Positions 57,981 through 64,000 of a stretch of 64,000 nt of DNA are shown piece by piece. The stretch is from Okamejei kenojei. Taxonomy: Eukaryota. A program made the translations under genes and the position numbers. The stretch lies in contig CM069147.1 in NCBI GenBank assembly GCA_035221665.1, forward strand, positions 45,012,001 through 45,076,000, given 5' to 3'. Within the stretch, counting starts at the first letter, position 1. Each line of letters starts with the position of its first letter. The notes under the pieces are model-generated. The model worked only from the letters and a program-made list of their open reading frames with translations. It had not been told where the DNA came from and searched no databases.

Positions 57981-60055
57981 GATGTCCATAACAAATGGCC
58001 ATTTGGTGGTAACCTACTTCATCCCACATTGGGCTTGAGTTGAAACCAAACTGTCACCACACGGCTTTTAAAATGTTGCAGATAATATTGCTCACTGCAT
58101 CAGCGTCCCACAGATTTAAAAATGGCTCAAAACTACAGTATATTCTTCTGGATCTGCCTATGTGCAACATATACATCATTCTACATATAACTATTTGAAT
58201 TGTCTTTCTTTACCTTCTCCAGCATGGTAACTTAGAATGCCACAAATATTACATCATACATTTTTTTCTAAGAAGTCCTATTCTTCAAGCTGTTGGCAAT
58301 CCCTCTGTTTTAATCTGTTGGGCCTATTGGTTCTTCTTGTTGCCATTGGCAGAATAAGTCATTCTTCGCTCCCTCTGCAACGGTGAATTCACTTCATTCC
58401 AGTCCTCTGACACTGATTTCAGCTACTTCAGGCTAAATTCCAGTCATTGTCATGACTTTATTCTTATTGCATGGGATGCCATTTGATCTCTTCCTATTCC
58501 TTATGGGAGACTGACCAATATACAGTAAACAATCCACAGCCTCCTGGCATGTATACCGGCAGTATGTGTAACTAATCAATCTCAAATTATTTGCCGTGCA
58601 TTAAACCTGACCATGAATGGAATATATCAGGTCGGGCAAGAAGTTGAAAATAACTGGGATGCACAACTCAGAATTCGAGAATAGAACGGGGGGCCTGCGA
58701 AAAGTTTGTCTGAATCTTAAGGATTTGTATCTGATTATATTTGGGTTCTCCTAACATCACATCATGAAAACGATGTGCTCCCAAACACCTTCTTTGGTCA
58801 CGATATTAGATTTAAGGAAATGCAACAGAACTTTAATCTCTCATCTGCTTGGCATTGCCTTTTTAAGTCGTTAAACACAATTAAGACATATTTTCAGTGC
58901 CGTTTACTGCTTTCTACATACAAAAATCAAACAACCTTTGCCATTTTTGATCAGTAAGAACAGCTGTCAGACTGAATTTACTAAGACATAACAGGGAAAA
59001 AACATTAGCTGCCAATCACTGCATTGATCTCTGAACTACACAGTTCAGCGAAGCACTCTTAAAAGGAAATGAGGAAATCTTTGTCATGCCCTAAAGTATA
59101 TTTAAAGGAAGAGGTATTTGAAGAGACAGTATCCCTTATCTGGAGCTTAAATAGATTTGTTTCGACACTGTCACCAGGAAGATGCTGCTCTTTTATTTGT
59201 CAAATCGTGTCATAATGATGGAATAATTTCAAACAAATTGTGTCAAAAGGATAACTTTTTCAGTGAAAGTAAATGATAATCTTATACCTTTTGTCTCGGA
59301 AGAAAATGTTCAGGATTTTAAGGTGTAAAACAGCATTGTAAATGATAAGGCAGTAACTTTCGCCAATAAATGTGACTGGGAACTTGATCCAAGAGGCAAG
59401 AGGAAACAAATAAACAATATCCTGTAGATTTGAACCTGTCATTTGCTGATAAAGTATCTAAACCTCAGCATAGATCCCATGACTTCCATCGCAGCACAAT
59501 GAAGAGAATAGGCCAGATTCATTACCAGAGGAATGATTTAATAGCTGGATGAGTGTGAGGGTCAGGCTAGCAAATTTATTAATAAACTACTAACCGGCTA
59601 ATTGGGGAAAAAAAATCTCTACATGATCTCTCGATAGTTACAAGTTTTTACAATGCTATCTTTATTTTTCAACCCATTTTATAACTACATATGTCAAATG
59701 AAGTGATTTCCAAAATTCTTGAAGGTTTAAAACGCAGGTGCCTTGTTTGGAGGAACAAAATAGCAAAAAGTGGCATTTTAATACCAAGAAAATGTTGACT
59801 CATGCAGACAAATTATATCTTGACATTAAAACAAGCATCAGATTTGCATTGAGATGTAGCTTTTCCCCTTGAGAAGTGGTTCTGGGTTTTTGCCCTTTGC
59901 ATTTCTAAAGATCCCAACGCCTGTTTTATTGTGAACTGTCCGATACGTTTTCATTAAAATGCAGCAATGCATTGTTCATTTCTAGCAGTACAGAGGTTAA
60001 AGGACACATTTGGAGTAATTATTTCTCACTGACAAGCCTCTCAGTCTGTGATTAC

Positions 60056-60057
<2 letters not shown>

Positions 60058-60098
<41 letters not shown>
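60058..60098. repeat. (GT)n microsatellite, about 20 units
   Basis: Direct reading. Confidence 0.95.
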
Positions 60099-60101
<3 letters not shown>

Positions 60102-62478
60102 TGTACATGTGTGTAATTTGTGTGTTTGTGCACACACACGTGTGTCCATGTAAGATAAGGCCGATGCAAATTAACATAGAGATTAGTGAAAGACTGTTGA
60201 GCAGTCCTCCGTAGACATGCAGTGTTCGTTTTTAATATTGGGACAAGAGGCTCTAAAATTAATGATGAATTGCAAATCAACTGAGCTTTGTCAGTGCAAT
60301 TAGATGTGCTAACCAACAGCTCATCAAAAGAAGTGGGCAAACCTGATACTTGACAGGTAACCGTTGTTTCACCCGGGGGATGGTGTATCCTGATTTTGGT
60401 TTTCAAATGTGGAATAACACCAAGTCACAAGGATTTCTTCTCTTCCTTCACCTGTCCCAGAAAACAATGCCTTTTCAATGTTTTAATATTTGAATGTATA
60501 TATTATCCGTAGATTTAAAGCAGAGCTGACCGATCCACACACTAAACAAATAGTGGGAAGCCATTTATTACGTTACTTTGTATAAAATGTCTTGCAGATT
60601 TTCTGTTGATGCCAAGTAATAACCGCGTAGTATAAAATATGGCTCCAAAATCCATTACAGTGTCTATTTTTGTCTGAAGATGTTTATCAGATTTTCCTAC
60701 TCTTACCAAATGCTTGACTTCTGCAGTTAAATTATGCACCGTTAATTAAATTACATTCATGTGCAAATATTTGGTGTTATTTATGTATGAAAATAAAAGT
60801 CAGGCTTCTCGTACATTGATGGAAGCCATCAATTTATCTGCATCATAAACTGGCCGCATTTTACCTACTTAATTGAGAATGTTCATCGTAAACCATTTTC
60901 TGATTATTGAAAGATTTGTATTGTCAGGGCCTGAGAGGGACAGACACCCTTTCTCCTCCCCCAGTCCTCCATGCAATAGTTTCCGTCTGATAGCTTGTGT
61001 GGTTAAGACAGTTTGTATAATTGGGAGAGGCTAGTGGTATCCAACAATGAACTGAAGACCTCATTAGCAGAAACATGGCATAATTTATCAAGTGAATCTA
61101 ATGATCCCGGAGCAGAGGCCGTTTCGGAAAGTTTTATTTTAAGGATGCATTGGCAGTCTAAAGCCTCGTCATCTTCCTGCATTGGTTACTTGCTTATCAG
61201 CTGTAGCAAAAGAAAGCATGATATACATTTTTTTACATGTTCAGCGTTAAAATGGTACTGAGATGACTGATTTTTATTGCAGCTGCCTTGACAGAGTATG
61301 CTCTCTCTTCTTCCCCTTCCACCCGCCTATTCCCCACTCTCCCCCCCCCGCCACCACTTCCCGTTGCAAAGTTGATAATGAAATGCTCAGTGATGTGATT
61401 AGAACATTCATACCTACATTAATTTTGCCAAGTGCAGAGGTGCATCTGTAAGACGGATGAGATCCTGAGGTCCAGTTGCCTGATAGTTCCTGCAGACAGA
61501 TGACCCTGCTCTCCTGTTAATGAGGATGCTGGCTTGCCGCTTGCTTGTTTAATTGCTGTGCTGCACTGTATTCCAATACAGACCGCAGATTACGTTTTTC
61601 ATGCAATTTATTAATAAGAAAAAAGGCTATTGCTCACCGGAGGAGGTCAGCTGTATGGTCTAGTGATCGTTAAAAGGTCATAATAAGCAAGGGATTTCAG
61701 CCATGGCTGGAGAAAGGTTAGAAAGGGCAAAATGATGTTTACTTACATAAATAAGTCATTCTCCATTTGAGGGCACAGCTTTGGAAATGGATTTATGGGA
61801 TATATGGACCGTTCATGGTGTGGGTTTCCACAATATTTTAGAATAATTCAACCCTGTATCTTACCCTGATACACTCTTGAATAGAAAATACATTATTTGT
61901 TTCTCCCTTACTAATTTAGAAACACCGTTTTGACATTGAAATAAGCAGTTTAATAACACCATCAAAACAGCAGAAAATACACTTGCGGAAATTGTGGTGT
62001 TTGCATGCCAGTCTGGCAAAGATTAATACAAGGGGCAAGGTATGACATTGGCTTTTAGGTTGTCTCTTGTTATTGCGCGCTTTTACTGTGGCACCTTATG
62101 ACAGCATTATGGAAAGGGCTTGCTCTACACTTAATCCTGTTCCTGCTTGATTATGTAGGTTATATATCTTGTACAACAGCTGTGAAGGCAGCTCCTCGGA
62201 GTGGTGTGACGCTGGTTCCTGCAGGTGAACTTCATGCACTGCGCTGCTGATTTCAGCTGGAGTGCTGACAGAGGGAGGGCTGTCAGGAATGGCACAATCC
62301 TGAACTGGCATCGCCGCCAGTTTGTGAGACGGAAGTGCTGAGAAAGATGATGTGAAAAATACCAAAGGGAGGATTCAAATGAGACAAAAGTATTAAAAAC
62401 AAATGCGTTTGCGTTTAGTTTCTGGCAGGTACAGTCAAAAGCTTTTGCCGCGTGCAAACCAGCCAGCAAAAAGACAAT

Positions 62479-62674
62479 GTGTGTGGGAAGGAGCTGCAGA
62501 TGCTGGTTTACATTGAAGATCGACATAAAATGCTGGAGTAACACAGCGGGACAGGTAGGATCTCTGGATAGGATTGGGCTGAACAAGGGCCTCGACCCAA
62601 AACGTCACACAATCCTTCTATCCAGAGATGCTGCCTGTCCTGCTGAGTTACTCCAACATTTTTTGTCTATCTTC
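62479..62674. mobile_element. Palindromic PLE insertion
   Basis: Inverted arms. TSD gcaaaaagacaat at 62466-62478 and 62676-62688. Confidence 0.8.
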
Positions 62675-62823
62675 TGCAAAAAGACAATATATGATTACAA
62701 TCAAGCCATCTGCAATTTACAGACACATTATAAAGCGAATAATCTGAATAACGTGTAGTGCAAAATAAACCCAGTAAAGTCCGGTAATTCTTTCACAATT
62801 CCTCAGTTATTAGTGAAGGGTTA

Positions 62824-63143
62824 TAGCCCTGTCCCACTGTATGAGCACATTCAAGTGCTCTCCCGAGTTTAAAAAAAAAATCAAACTCATGGTAAGCTCG
62901 TAGAATGAACGTAGCGGGTACGTCGGAGCTCGGGGACGTCCCTTAGCGGCTCGTAACGCTAACGGCAGGTACTCGGGAAACGCGGTAAGCTCGGGAACAC
63001 TCGTGAAGATTTTTCAACATGTTGAAAAATGTCCACGAGAGCCCAGAGTACCTGCGAGCGGCCATTACCGTAAATCTCCGAGTTCGAATCAGGGCAAACT
63101 CAGGAGAACTCTTTGAATGAACTCGTACAGTGGGACAGGGCTT
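62824..63143. mobile_element. Non-autonomous DNA transposon (MITE), probably PIF/Harbinger type
   Basis: TIRs agccctgtcccactgtatgag (62825-62845) and ctcgtacagtgggacagggct (63122-63142), tta on both flanks, internal palindrome tttttcaacatgttgaaaaa, CpG-rich. Confidence 0.8.
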
Positions 63144-64000
63144 TTAATTGCATTTTTGGTTCCGAGCAAGAGCCAATGCTGTTTTAGGGTGTTGCAATGA
63201 AATTTTACATCTGTTTATAGTCGCTTCATCCATGTTTAACATTTTAACTATCATTTTGCCAGATTAGTGATCATAGATGCTGCTAATCCTGAAGAAAGTT
63301 GCTATGATGTTCTCGCAATTGTCAGTGTGTGGGTTTCCCCTTCTCCACCATTGTTTACTATCAGCCATCAGCTCAATGTGGCTGAGTGATCACATTAAAA
63401 GAATACTGGAAGTCAGAAAGAAACAACATAATTTTAATTATTTTGCGGAGCCAAACTCAAAGGTTGGAAAAAACAAATGCAATTAAGGCACAAGGTTGGG
63501 TCTCATAAATCACCTTATCTAAAATATATTTTTGTACTTTAAAATCCATTATATTTTGAAATGTTTATGTAGCAGAACTAAATCACATATCTCCAGCAAG
63601 TTTTTTTTTTAGAGTAGGGAGTTTGCTGAGCAGTAATTAATCGAGAATATGTCTGTTTAAAACCTTGCGTTTGCCTCATGCAACAGAGCATAACAATTTC
63701 AGGGAATTTCTTGGAAAGGCAGCTTTGGCGAATGCCTTACTAATTCAGCTGATCTGCCTTGATTCTGATAGAGAAGGCTACAAAGTAGCAAGGGCTGTAA
63801 GCTACTTGGAAATTTCCTTGTTAAACCGCAGGTCTGTGAAGCTCTCAAGGTCTTTATCTCTTTCATGGTAAAACATTTGCAGTAAAATCCAGGCCAAATT
63901 CGTCCTCAATTAATAATCAGTATTGTAGCTCTTATCCTGGAAATATGACTCATTGCCTTCCAAAAAGTAGTACGGGCGCTAGGATTCAAAGGGCATATTA

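Noticed and set aside
33971-64000. Next ZFHX3 coding exon (expected to begin with HLQ and carry a further C2H2 finger)
   Set aside because: No matching translation was found by eye or in the ORF track. It probably lies beyond the window, though a short exon could have been missed; tBLASTn would settle it.

Overview
Eukaryotic vertebrate DNA, most likely from a cartilaginous fish (skate/ray-type repeat landscape; taxon inferred, not proven). The window covers part of the ZFHX3 (ATBF1) zinc-finger homeobox gene on the + strand. It holds the large first coding exon (10149-12850, ATG 10195) and the next coding exon (33474-33970), joined in frame by canonical GT-AG splice sites. No further ZFHX3 exon was recognised, so the rest appears intronic. 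The introns carry about 30 short Penelope-like element (PLE) fragments (two with a readable GIY-YIG endonuclease remnant, many as inverted pairs with 10-14 bp target-site duplications), tRNA-derived V-SINEs, older Deu-type SINEs, nested CR1 LINEs, a hairpin MITE, microsatellites and two assembly gaps. The most notable non-obvious signal is a minimal type I hammerhead ribozyme motif (CUGAAGA-A-stem II-GAAA-CGUC) carried by the PLE repeats. Several copies have an intact core, some lie in the ZFHX3 sense orientation, and stem II shows compensatory changes. Other points of interest are three uATGs just before the start codon, a possible translatable exon-2 circle flanked by inverted repeats, and repeat-poor candidate enhancer islands. 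Almost all other ORFs in the supplied track are spurious or repeat-derived. Repeat boundaries are approximate, read by eye.
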